A DNA stretch of 64,000 nt from a virus. Taxonomy: Duplodnaviria > Caudoviricetes. Each line of letters starts with the position of its first letter. Position 1 is the first letter of the stretch. Location: the IMG/VR virus record IMGVR_UViG_3300020557_000009, positions 6,448 to 70,447 of that record; one strand, written 5' to 3'. A program made the position numbers and the translations under genes. Below the pieces are notes generated by a model. The model was not told the DNA's origin. It made no database searches and saw nothing but the letters and a program-made list of their open reading frames with translations. Shown in pieces: positions 48,244-55,239 of the stretch.

Positions 48244-50010
48244 TTACCTGTTATATTGAGAATTAATCAACGCATCATGTCGTTGGTCACTAGGTCCAAA
48301 CATTCCTCTACCCAAATTTCTATTATCAACATTTACTTGACCTTTATAGATTTGTTCAGTTTTATAAAAAGGTTTGTCAACCATTATTGTTCTACTGTAT
48401 GCATCAAAACCGGGAACAAAAGACATTGCCTGAAGAACTACATTTTGAACTGCAATTTGTTGTTCTAATGATGCAGACTTACCCATGTTCTCAGCAAGAT
48501 TTTTTCCATCTTCAACTGCCTTTGATTTAGCGGCCGCTTCTCTTTTCTCTTGCATTTCTTGACGAGCAGTTTTTGGTTGGTCTTTAGAACCGGATTGTGA
48601 AGATGGTTCTTGTGAAGAACCAGATTTAGCATTATCTTGTTTTTCTTGTTTTCTTTCAGAAACGACTGCCGCTGATTGTTGTGCAGTTTGTTGACTACCA
48701 CCACTTGGTTGCGTTAATTGAACTGGTGCAGCAGGTGAAGCCGCTGATGTTGTTGCAGTTGTTGGTGATGCAATTGCTTTATCGACATTACTATCACCTG
48801 TTTTTGAAACTGTTCCTTCTGAACTAACACTATTTGTTGGAGCGGTAGAAGCAATGACTCCTGCGGTTGCAACTGTCGATGCGATACCTTGTTGTTCTAA
48901 TACCATTTTCTGTGCATAAGCCTGTGCATAGTTTGGACATTGTTTATCATATAGTCCGTTTAAGTTACATTGTTGTGTAAAATAAGCGGCCGCATAACCT
49001 GGACATTCTGAATTGTATAGAGGATTTGCCGTGCATTGTTGATTGAAATATGCAGTTTGATAACCAGGACAATTAACCGAATAAAGAGAATTTAATGAAC
49101 ATTGTTGATTAAAATATGCTTGTTGGTATCCTTCACATGTAGTTGAATAGAGTGGATTAATTGAACATTGGTATGTGAGATATGTGGCAGCATAACCAGG
49201 ACAGTTTGGACTGTATAATGAACTAATTGAACATTGTTGAGTAAAGTATGCCGATTGATAACCTGGACAAGATACATCATATAAAGAATTTGCTGAACAC
49301 ATAGCCTGAGTGTAACCAGAACATGTTGGTGAAGATAATGGGTTTGAAACACATTGGTCACCAGGCGTATTATTAACAGACCAATTATTCAATACACCCG
49401 CAGGAATACCTGTGCCAAAATAAAACTTTTGCATTTGGCCAAGTGAAATATCACCACTAATACCTGCGGCAACTTGTTGGTTTTGAATATTGATTAAATC
49501 ATATGTTGCACCAATAAAACCTGTAGGACGAATCTCTAAACTAAAAGTGTTTAGATTATTCATATTACTAATTTCTGCAATATTGTTCCAAAAATATTTC
49601 TGATATGTTGTGGTACCTTCGGTTCTAAATGTGGAACCTGCAACAGGATATAAATCTGTCCACAATGGTGCAATCATAAAATTGAACTGTGGTCCTAATT
49701 GTGGGTTATTTGGAACCAAATCTAAACCTTGACAACAATACGACCATTGGCCAGGGTTATATGGTTGATTTGGAATTGGTGCTAACGGGTCTAAAAACGA
49801 AACAACTCCATTTGAGTGCATCCAAGAGTTTGTAAATGTCCTACCGTAAAATGGAAAACCAAATTGAAGTGGAACATGCACATTTGTATCATCATAAAAA
49901 GTTGGATTAGTAATTACAGGTGATTGAGCATTAGAGTATGAGAATGAACAAAAGAATAGCACCACCAATGCCCCAAATTGACTTGCTATCTTTTTCAGGC
50001 TTCTGTTCAT
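48244..50010 (-). CDS. Secreted protein with NIDO-like N-domain and 22-aa Cys repeats
   Basis: Signal peptide; VPLQFGFPFYG....NG.VSF...IAPLWTDL; repeats CxxxxLYxxxCxGY. Confidence 0.6.
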   Translation of the reverse strand: MNRSLKKIASQFGALVVLFFCSFSYSNAQSPVITNPTFYDDTNVHVPLQFGFPFYGRTFTNSWMHSNGVVSFLDPLAPIPNQPYNPGQWSYCCQGLDLVPNNPQLGPQFNFMIAPLWTDLYPVAGSTFRTEGTTTYQKYFWNNIAEISNMNNLNTFSLEIRPTGFIGATYDLINIQNQQVAAGISGDISLGQMQKFYFGTGIPAGVLNNWSVNNTPGDQCVSNPLSSPTCSGYTQAMCSANSLYDVSCPGYQSAYFTQQCSISSLYSPNCPGYAATYLTYQCSINPLYSTTCEGYQQAYFNQQCSLNSLYSVNCPGYQTAYFNQQCTANPLYNSECPGYAAAYFTQQCNLNGLYDKQCPNYAQAYAQKMVLEQQGIASTVATAGVIASTAPTNSVSSEGTVSKTGDSNVDKAIASPTTATTSAASPAAPVQLTQPSGGSQQTAQQSAAVVSERKQEKQDNAKSGSSQEPSSQSGSKDQPKTARQEMQEKREAAAKSKAVEDGKNLAENMGKSASLEQQIAVQNVVLQAMSFVPGFDAYSRTIMVDKPFYKTEQIYKGQVNVDNRNLGRGMFGPSDQRHDALINSQYNR

Positions 50011-50013
50011 CTG

Positions 50014-50532
50014 TTACTTTAAAGTTTCGGTTGCTTTATCTAAATTCACAACGGGCGGGATTACTGCATAATTGCCAATTGCTTTTTTATCCACATTATC
50101 TAAAACACCTCTTTTTCTCCATTCTTCTTTGGCCTGTTCGCCAATTTTACCTTCAACAGGACAAGGTGTTCCAGCCGCTAACATAGCAGCGAACACTCGT
50201 TCATCTTGACATAAGTTTGCAACAGCTGCAACTTTCATGCCCATGTCAAATAAGTTTTTGGAAAGTTTGATTCTTTCGCAATTCATATCTCGCATCGTAC
50301 CACCCATGGAGATACCAAGAATCTGCGTTTGAACTGCACCAGATGCCGCTACTGCACAAACATCGTTATTGATGGTCGTAATAGCGGGCGCCACAGCAGT
50401 AGGTGGCGGAGACTTGATAGTAGTCTCGGAAGTTGAATTTGTGGTACTTCTACTTGTTGAATCTGTAACGATGGGTTGAGCATGCGTTACACCAACCACA
50501 ACCATTGCAATTGCGGCCAATAGGTATTTCAT
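50014..50532 (-). CDS. Secreted Cys-containing protein
   Basis: Signal peptide; DVC, GISMG...D.NCERIKLSK.L..MGMKVAAV..LCQD.RV..AM..AGTPCP. Confidence 0.65.
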   Translation of the reverse strand: MKYLLAAIAMVVVGVTHAQPIVTDSTSRSTTNSTSETTIKSPPPTAVAPAITTINNDVCAVAASGAVQTQILGISMGGTMRDMNCERIKLSKNLFDMGMKVAAVANLCQDERVFAAMLAAGTPCPVEGKIGEQAKEEWRKRGVLDNVDKKAIGNYAVIPPVVNLDKATETLK

Positions 50533-50636
50533 TTTTTTATTTTTCCTAGGTTGTTTTACATACTATAAACCACAGAAAAAATATAAACCACTAATATTCT
50601 ATTTAGTTGGACTACATTTCATAATGTCAAAAATAT

Positions 50637-50711
50637 TGGTGGGCCAGGTGTGAATTGAACACACACTCAAGCGATTATGAGTCGCCTGCTTTACCATTAA
50701 GCTACTGGCCC
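50637..50711 (-). tRNA. tRNA-Ile2(CAT), lysidine type
   Basis: GGCGACTCATAATCGCT arm like bacterial ileX; encoded CCA. Confidence 0.8.
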
Positions 50712-50729
50712 GAACTTGAATTGATTTGT

Positions 50730-50805
50730 TGGCCCGGCTGGCAGGAATCGAACCCACATCGGACGCTTTAGAAGAGCGTTGCCTTATCCATTAGACCACA
50801 GCCGG
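50730..50805 (-). tRNA. tRNA-Arg(TCT)
   Basis: ACGCT-CTTCTAA-AGCGT; CCA. Confidence 0.9.
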
Positions 50806-50810
50806 TTATT

Positions 50811-50891
50811 TGGTGCCCCTAATCGGATTCGAACCGATAGTTATGACACTCCTTTTGAGAGAGCCGCCTTTACCAATTTGGCCATAGGGGC
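50811..50891 (-). tRNA. tRNA-Leu(CAA)
   Basis: GCTCT-CTCAAAA-GGAGT; CCA. Confidence 0.85.
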
Positions 50892-50896
50892 ATTAA

Positions 50897-50979
50897 TGGT
50901 GCGGATGGACGGAATCGAACCGTCAAGCCGAAGCGAGAGATTTTAAGTCTCTTGTGTTTACCTATTTCACCACATCCGC
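50897..50979 (-). tRNA. tRNA-Leu(TAA)
   Basis: AGAGA-CTTAAAA-TCTCT; CCA. Confidence 0.9.
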
Positions 50980-51032
50980 ATTGTATCGTATTATATACAA
51001 AAACTATATGATTTGTATATAATGTGTTACAT

Positions 51033-51109
51033 TGGTACCCAAGGAGAGATTCGAACTCTCAAACTACGGCTTCTAAGACCGCCGACTTTACCAATTTGTC
51101 CACTCGGGC
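51033..51109 (-). tRNA. tRNA-Leu(TAG), short variable loop
   Basis: GCGGT-CTTAGAA-GCCGT; CCA. Confidence 0.85.
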
Positions 51110-51114
51110 ATATT

Positions 51115-51190
51115 TGGTGCAACCTCCAAGAATCGAACTTGGTTCATCGGTTCTTCAAACCGCTGCTATAACCACATCAGCTAAGGTTGC
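51115..51190 (-). tRNA. tRNA-Phe(GAA)
   Basis: Anticodon loop TTGAAGA; CCA. Confidence 0.9.
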
Positions 51191-51191
51191 A

Positions 51192-51266
51192 TGGTGCATC
51201 CTGATGGAATCGAACCACCGGTATCCGTCTTGTAAGGGCGGCGTTTTACCATTAAACTAAGGATGC
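51192..51266 (-). tRNA. tRNA-Val(TAC)
   Basis: Loop CTTACAA; CCA. Confidence 0.9.
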
Positions 51267-51267
51267 G

Positions 51268-51341
51268 TGGGTTGAACCGGGGAATCGAACCCTCTCTACC
51301 TGTTTCACAGACAGGTGTGCGACCACTACACTAGGAACAAC
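51268..51341 (-). tRNA. tRNA-His(GTG), imperfect acceptor/T stems
   Basis: CCTGT-CTGTGAA-ACAGG; G-1:C73; two U-U mismatches. Confidence 0.75.
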
Positions 51342-51347
51342 ATTGAT

Positions 51348-51421
51348 TGGAGCGGCTACTGAGAATCGAACTCAGGACAGGAGATTGGAAATCTCCAGTT
51401 TTACCACTAAACTACAGCCGC
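51348..51421 (-). tRNA. tRNA-Gly(TCC)
   Basis: GGAGA-TTTCCAA-TCTCC; CCA. Confidence 0.9.
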
Positions 51422-51425
51422 AATT

Positions 51426-51499
51426 TGGAGCGGAATGTGAGAATCGAACTCACGACTAAACCTTGGCAAGGTTTCGTTTTACCATTAAACTAATCCCGC
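51426..51499 (-). tRNA. tRNA-Gly(GCC)
   Basis: AAACC-TTGCCAA-GGTTT; CCA. Confidence 0.9.
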
Positions 51500-51654
51500 T
51501 TATTTTTTTCCTTAACTAAAGGGTTATCTTCAATACTCATATCATACAAACCGTGTTCTTGTGCAAAGTCTGTAAGTTTTTGCAAGGCATCAAGAACACA
51601 ATCTTCGGTGGATAAAAAGTCCTGATAATCTGTTTTTTCTTTTTCTAGTTTCAT
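51490..51654 (-). CDS. Small acidic protein whose stop lies inside tRNA-Gly(GCC)
   Basis: Not in ORF track; MKLEKEKTDYQDFLSTEDCVLDALQKL...KNKRD, 54 aa; start overlaps upstream stop. Confidence 0.45.
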   Translation of the reverse strand: MKLEKEKTDYQDFLSTEDCVLDALQKLTDFAQEHGLYDMSIEDNPLVKEKNKRD

Positions 51655-52121
51655 GCTACTTTTAATCCTTTCAATCTGTCTGCTGCATACGATGCCGCAA
51701 ACGCTTCTGGTTTAACTAAAGGTATTACATTACATGTTCCACGAATGTAACCAATTGCTTCTTGAATCACACAATTTGAACCATGCATTTCACTTGGGTT
51801 AATATCCAAATGAACTTCCACATATCTATTATCCAAAACATCCGCAAGTTTTAAATATAATTCGGAAACTTTGTAAACTTCATTCATTAATCTATATCTA
51901 GGTTTATTTTGTTTTTGGTCGTAGTCTCTTTCACGGACAACTTCACCAAATAATTTACAACCATTGTTACCATTTATATGAACAACAATAGCGGTGATGT
52001 AATCTGCATACCAAACTTTATTTACCTTAATACGCTCTGAATCACAACCAATATAAATTTTGGTTTCAGGTGTTTGTGCTTCGATGAAAGATTTAACTTC
52101 CTCTAAGTCTAACTTACGCAT
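51651..52121 (-). CDS. RNase H-like YkuK/DUF458 family protein
   Basis: IYIGCDS, TAIVVH, RL..EV, EVHLDIN, KP.A.AAS..AD. Confidence 0.75.
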   Translation of the reverse strand: MRKLDLEEVKSFIEAQTPETKIYIGCDSERIKVNKVWYADYITAIVVHINGNNGCKLFGEVVRERDYDQKQNKPRYRLMNEVYKVSELYLKLADVLDNRYVEVHLDINPSEMHGSNCVIQEAIGYIRGTCNVIPLVKPEAFAASYAADRLKGLKVA

Positions 52122-52145
52122 GATTACTCACTTTCTTTTTAAAAT

Positions 52146-52219
52146 TGGCACCCCGCTAGGGACTCGAACCCCAACCAACGGTTTTGGAGACCGCTATGCT
52201 GCCATTACACCAGCGAGAT
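52146..52219 (-). tRNA. tRNA-Trp(CCA)
   Basis: GCGGT-CTCCAAA-ACCGT; CCA. Confidence 0.9.
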
Positions 52220-52224
52220 ATGAA

Positions 52225-52683
52225 CTACTTTATTTCATTTACTTTTTTCTGTATTTCAGAATGTGGGACTTTTAAAAAAAATCCAGGACTTTTATTTCCT
52301 ATGCCACTATCGTCAAAAAAATTATCAAATGAAATTCGGTATTTTCGAAAATCAACATCTACCGTTTTATATGCTCCAATTGTAATTACATATTGTGGCA
52401 TTTTTAAACCATTCTTTTGTTGATATTCTAAAACTTGTTTAACTGCAACTGCACCTAAACTGTAACCATACAATTCATATTCACCTTGAATGTTTCGAAT
52501 GTGTTTTAACGATTCATTTACTTTTAGTGAACTGAATATAATTGGTTTTAAATTTCTTTGTTTTGCATATTCTTTAAATGCAACTTCATCAAAAACTTCA
52601 TTCTTACCACGAAAACCAATAATGTCATTTGCATGACATTGTAACGCATAAAAGAATAAAGATAAAAATAAAATTTTTTTCAT
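52225..52683 (-). CDS. Secreted alpha/beta-hydrolase-like protein
   Basis: Start MKKILF at 52683 with signal peptide; nucleophile elbow GYSLG. Confidence 0.55.
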   Translation of the reverse strand: MKKILFLSLFFYALQCHANDIIGFRGKNEVFDEVAFKEYAKQRNLKPIIFSSLKVNESLKHIRNIQGEYELYGYSLGAVAVKQVLEYQQKNGLKMPQYVITIGAYKTVDVDFRKYRISFDNFFDDSGIGNKSPGFFLKVPHSEIQKKVNEIK

Positions 52684-52695
52684 AATAGTAATTTT

Positions 52696-52770
52696 TGGTA
52701 GCCATGGACAATTTCGAAATGTCGACCTATCGCTTATCAAGCGATTGCTCTTCCTCTGAGCTACACGGCT
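52696..52770 (-). tRNA. tRNA-Ile(GAT)
   Basis: ATCGC-TTGATAA-GCGAT; T-arm GACAT-TTCGAAA-TTGTC; CCA. Confidence 0.85.
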
Positions 52771-52831
52771 AAAACTTTCTTAAATACAACCACAATAGAA
52801 ACATAATGAAAATAACTGGAATAATAGCCAT
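52769..52831 (-). CDS. 20-aa hydrophobic peptide
   Basis: AAGGA SD; MAIIPVIFIMFLLWLYLEKF; stop overlaps tRNA-Ile 5' end. Confidence 0.45.
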   Translation of the reverse strand: MAIIPVIFIMFLLWLYLRKF

Positions 52832-52848
52832 TATGTTTTTCCTTTAAT

Positions 52849-52925
52849 TGGCACGCCGTGAAAGATTCAAACTCTCAACCTTAGGGTCCGTAGCCCTACG
52901 CTCTATTCAATTGAGCTAACGGCGT
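52849..52925 (-). tRNA. tRNA-Arg(ACG)
   Basis: TAGGG-CTACGGA-CCCTA; CCA. Confidence 0.9.
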
Positions 52926-52931
52926 ATTGAT

Positions 52932-53005
52932 TGGTGGAGGATGAGAGAATCGAACTCTCAATCTCGGCTTGCAAAGCCGATGTTATCCCATTTAACTAAT
53001 CCCCC
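52932..53005 (-). tRNA. tRNA-Ala(TGC)
   Basis: TCGGC-TTTGCAA-GCCGA; G3-U70; CCA. Confidence 0.9.
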
Positions 53006-53206
53006 AATAAGTTGTAAGCTACGATTTCCACATCGCCCTTACATGAGTTGCACACCCTGTCACCATGTTTTGTTTCCTCAGTAGTTATGGTTCTACTCAG
53101 CGGTTCGAGCTCCCTATGTTGGTGGGCACCTTTCTTAACGGTTGACCGCCCCCGGTTATTGTCGCATAACGAGCGGCAGTAATATCGCTTACTGCGGACG
53201 GGATTT
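53006..53206 (-). ncRNA. Candidate structured ncRNA between tRNA-Pro and tRNA-Ala
   Basis: GC-rich 200-nt spacer; hairpins GCAGTAA/TTACTGC and GTTAT/ATAAC. Confidence 0.45.
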
Positions 53207-53283
<77 letters not shown>

Positions 53284-53290
53284 ATGAAAT

Positions 53291-53366
53291 TGGTGCTGGA
53301 GAAAGGATTCGAACCCTCGACCGCCTGATTACAAATCAGGAGCTCTACCAACTGAGCTACTCCAGC
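53291..53366 (-). tRNA. tRNA-Thr(TGT)
   Basis: CCTGA-TTTGTAA-TCAGG; CCA. Confidence 0.9.
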
Positions 53367-53372
53367 ATTGAT

Positions 53373-53448
53373 TGGCTGTCTAGGCAGGGCTCGAACCTGC
53401 GACCAAATGATTAACAGTCATCTACTCTACCAACTGAGCTACTAGACA
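53373..53448 (-). tRNA. tRNA-Asn(GTT)
   Basis: GATGA-CTGTTAA-TCATT; CCA. Confidence 0.9.
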
Positions 53449-53455
53449 ATAAAAC

Positions 53456-53529
53456 TGGTTGCGGGTGATGGAATCGAACCACCATCTGAAGCTTATGAGA
53501 CTTCTGAATTACCGTTACTCTAACCCGCT
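53456..53529 (-). tRNA. tRNA-Met(CAT), initiator-like
   Basis: Unpaired 1:72 (A:A); lacks the three G-C pairs of canonical fMet anticodon stem; CCA. Confidence 0.7.
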
Positions 53530-53536
53530 ATAAACT

Positions 53537-53611
53537 TGGCGACCCGTAGGAGAATCGAACTCCTATATTCCGCTAGACAGGCGGATATAATAACCACTAT
53601 ATGAACGGGCC
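53537..53611 (-). tRNA. tRNA-Asp(GTC)
   Basis: TCCGC-CTGTCTA-GCGGA; CCA. Confidence 0.9.
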
Positions 53612-53696
53612 AATATAGAAACACATTCTTGGATTCTCGTAAAAGTAATCCATGACGCCGGCCGTCATTATGTGTTTGAATGTGTTTTTATATTGG
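53610..53696. repeat. Inverted-repeat-closed spacer Lys/Asp
   Basis: 18 of 19 bp arms 53610-53628 and 53678-53696. Confidence 0.8.
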
Positions 53697-53768
53697 TAGG
53701 TGCGGAGAATTTCGAAATCTCGACTTACCGGTTAAAAGCCGGTTACTCTGCCTCTGAGTTACACACCT
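53694..53768 (-). tRNA. tRNA-Lys(TTT)
   Basis: ACCGG-CTTTTAA-CCGGT; T-arm GAGAT-TTCGAAA-TTCTC; CCA. Confidence 0.85.
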
Positions 53769-53770
53769 TC

Positions 53771-53846
53771 TGGTGGTGATGGAAGGAATCGAGCCTTCGA
53801 CCTTTTGCGTATGAAGCAACTGTTCTACCGACTGAACTACATCACC
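53771..53846 (-). tRNA. tRNA-Met(CAT), elongator-like
   Basis: TTGC-TTCATAC-GCAA; fully paired acceptor stem; CCA. Confidence 0.8.
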
Positions 53847-54018
53847 ATAATTGAGAATACTGCCGTCCGTTTAAGACTATAAAATCGTCCCTATATTCTC
53901 ATCCTAAACCCACCACAGGTTTCTTCCTCGGATAATGAGGTGGACTAATACAGGTTGGTACACCCTCGGCAGTCAGGTAGATGGTTAGTCGTCCTTGCTT
54001 TCGGATTCTCAATTATGG
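53845..54018. repeat. Inverted-repeat-closed spacer Tyr/Met
   Basis: Perfect 14-bp arms CCATAATTGAGAAT / ATTCTCAATTATGG. Confidence 0.8.
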
Positions 54019-54101
54019 TGGGTGCCCTAGGATTTGAACCTAGAAGGCCGAAACAACGGATTTACAGTCCGCCCCCGATACCATTACGGGACTAGACACC
54101 C
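54016..54101 (-). tRNA. tRNA-Tyr(GTA)
   Basis: GCGGA-CTGTAAA-TCCGT; long variable arm; CCA. Confidence 0.85.
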
Positions 54102-54278
54102 AAAATTCAGAGCACTAAAGCGAAAGACTGCTATTACATGATGCCGAAGCGGTACTAACGCATCAAACCTTTGCTCAACTCATTTCTGAGACGGTCGTGC
54201 ATGCCGTTTAGAACGGCCCGTTTTATTATTATGATATAATCTACCAAGCATATTGTGCTTGTATCACAGTTAGTTATA

Positions 54279-54426
54279 CCATATCAAAGTGTTATCTACC
54301 AATTTGTGAACAATGTAGCTAACACTCACAAGCGAATAGCGGTTATATCAGGACCTTTTCCTCGCACAGTTAGGCCCGCATAGTCATGGCGTCCCATGAC
54401 GATACCCTGATAACACTTTGATATGG
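54279..54426. repeat. Inverted-repeat-closed spacer 3' of tRNA-Glu
   Basis: Perfect 18-bp arms CCATATCAAAGTGTTATC / GATAACACTTTGATATGG. Confidence 0.8.
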
Positions 54427-54499
54427 TACACCTAGGGGGAATCGAACCCGCCGTTTATGCCTTGAAAGGGCATCGTCCTAACCGTTAGACGATAGGTGC
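54424..54499 (-). tRNA. tRNA-Glu(TTC)
   Basis: ATGCC-CTTTCAA-GGCAT; CCA. Confidence 0.9.
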
Positions 54500-54510
54500 A
54501 AAATCAATTC

Positions 54511-54526
54511 AAATTTTTAATGAACA
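54511..54526 (-). promoter_or_regulatory. boxA-like antitermination element
   Basis: TGTTCATTAAAAATTT, resembling rrn boxA TGCTCTTTAACAATTT. Confidence 0.55.
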
Positions 54527-54532
54527 ATACGA

Positions 54533-54585
54533 ATTATACACTAACTGGCCGAACTGTCAAGTCTGTTTGTTGCCAGATTACAACA
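54533..54585 (-). promoter_or_regulatory. Internal tRNA-cluster sigma70 promoter with TGTTG-N8-CAACA dyad
   Basis: TTGACA-16-TATAAT at 54533-54560; dyad 54568-54585. Confidence 0.7.
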
Positions 54586-54611
54586 CTACTTTTGTTTTCA
54601 ATTTACTAACA

Positions 54612-54688
54612 TGGAGTGGGTGACAGGATTCGAACCTGCATAATACGGATTTGCAATCCGCTACCTCGCCTTTCAGTTGCACACCCAC
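54612..54688 (-). tRNA. tRNA-Cys(GCA)
   Basis: GCGGA-TTGCAAA-TCCGT; U73; CCA. Confidence 0.85.
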
Positions 54689-54693
54689 ATATT

Positions 54694-54781
54694 TGGCGGA
54701 AGATATCAGAATCGAACTGATCCACCCATTTCTGAATGACGGTTTAGCAAACCGCTGCCTTAACCACTCGGCCAATCTTCC
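54694..54781 (-). tRNA. tRNA-Ser(GCT)
   Basis: GCGGT-TTGCTAA-ACCGT; long variable arm; CCA. Confidence 0.9.
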
Positions 54782-54860
54782 ATATTAAAACACACTATCT
54801 CTCTTTATTGTCGGAGCCCACGGTGAAGAACTCGCTCCTCGATAATGTGTTTTGATATGG
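54780..54860. repeat. Inverted-repeat-closed spacer Ser/Ser
   Basis: 14 of 15 bp arms 54780-54794 and 54846-54860. Confidence 0.75.
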
Positions 54861-54947
54861 CGGAAGCGGTGAGATTCGAACTCACGGAACATTTCTGTTC
54901 GCTAGTTTTCAAGACTAGTGCCATAAACCGGACTCGGCCACACTTCC
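54858..54947 (-). tRNA. tRNA-Ser(TGA)
   Basis: CTAGT-CTTGAAA-ACTAG; long variable arm; CCA. Confidence 0.9.
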
Positions 54948-54950
54948 ATT

Positions 54951-55024
54951 TGGCAGGCGCATCAGGGCTCGAACCTGAAATAACGGATTCAAAGTCCGCT
55001 GTGTTACCATTACACTATGCGCCA
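54951..55024 (-). tRNA. tRNA-Gln(TTG)
   Basis: GCGGA-CTTTGAA-TCCGT; CCA. Confidence 0.9.
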
Positions 55025-55036
55025 ACAAAACAACTC

Positions 55037-55052
55037 AAATTTTTAAAGAACA
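55037..55052 (-). promoter_or_regulatory. boxA-like antitermination element
   Basis: TGTTCTTTAAAAATTT 12 nt before tRNA-Gln. Confidence 0.6.
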
Positions 55053-55083
55053 AAAAACCCTAGATTTTTTAGGTCTAGGGTTT
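55046..55083 (-). terminator. Intrinsic terminator in tRNA-operon leader (attenuator)
   Basis: AAACCCTAGA-9 nt-TCTAGGGTTT followed by TTTGTTCTTT. Confidence 0.8.
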
Positions 55084-55119
55084 GTGATTTTCTACTAAGA
55101 AAACTAATTACACAAACCC
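55078..55119 (-). promoter_or_regulatory. Antiterminator hairpin
   Basis: GGGTTTGTG/CACAAACCC 9 bp plus inner TTTTCT/AGAAAA; 3' strand overlaps terminator 5' arm. Confidence 0.7.
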
Positions 55120-55230
55120 AACCCGTCCAATAAAGCCTTTATTATCACTTCTTGGTGAGCGATAAGCGGCCTGCCATGTCTCATGGAGCATGGAACAAAG
55201 CGTTGTCGATAAATGTATTAAGTTATTCAT
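55108..55230 (-). CDS. 40-aa leader peptide containing all 20 amino acids
   Basis: Below ORF-track cutoff; MNNLIHLSTTLCSMLHETWQAAYRSPRSDNKGFIGRVGFV, TAA. Confidence 0.65.
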   Translation of the reverse strand: MNNLIHLSTTLCSMLHETWQAAYRSPRSDNKGFIGRVGFV

Positions 55231-55239
55231 AATAGTGTT

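Noticed and set aside
54297-54408. Known riboswitch or ribozyme (hammerhead, twister, HDV) inside the Glu spacer
   Set aside because: Hairpins and a possible pseudoknot are present but catalytic-core consensus was not recognisable; needs an Rfam search
53610-54860. CRISPR-like array among tRNAs
   Set aside because: Repeats are inverted, differ between spacers, spacing is irregular, no cas genes
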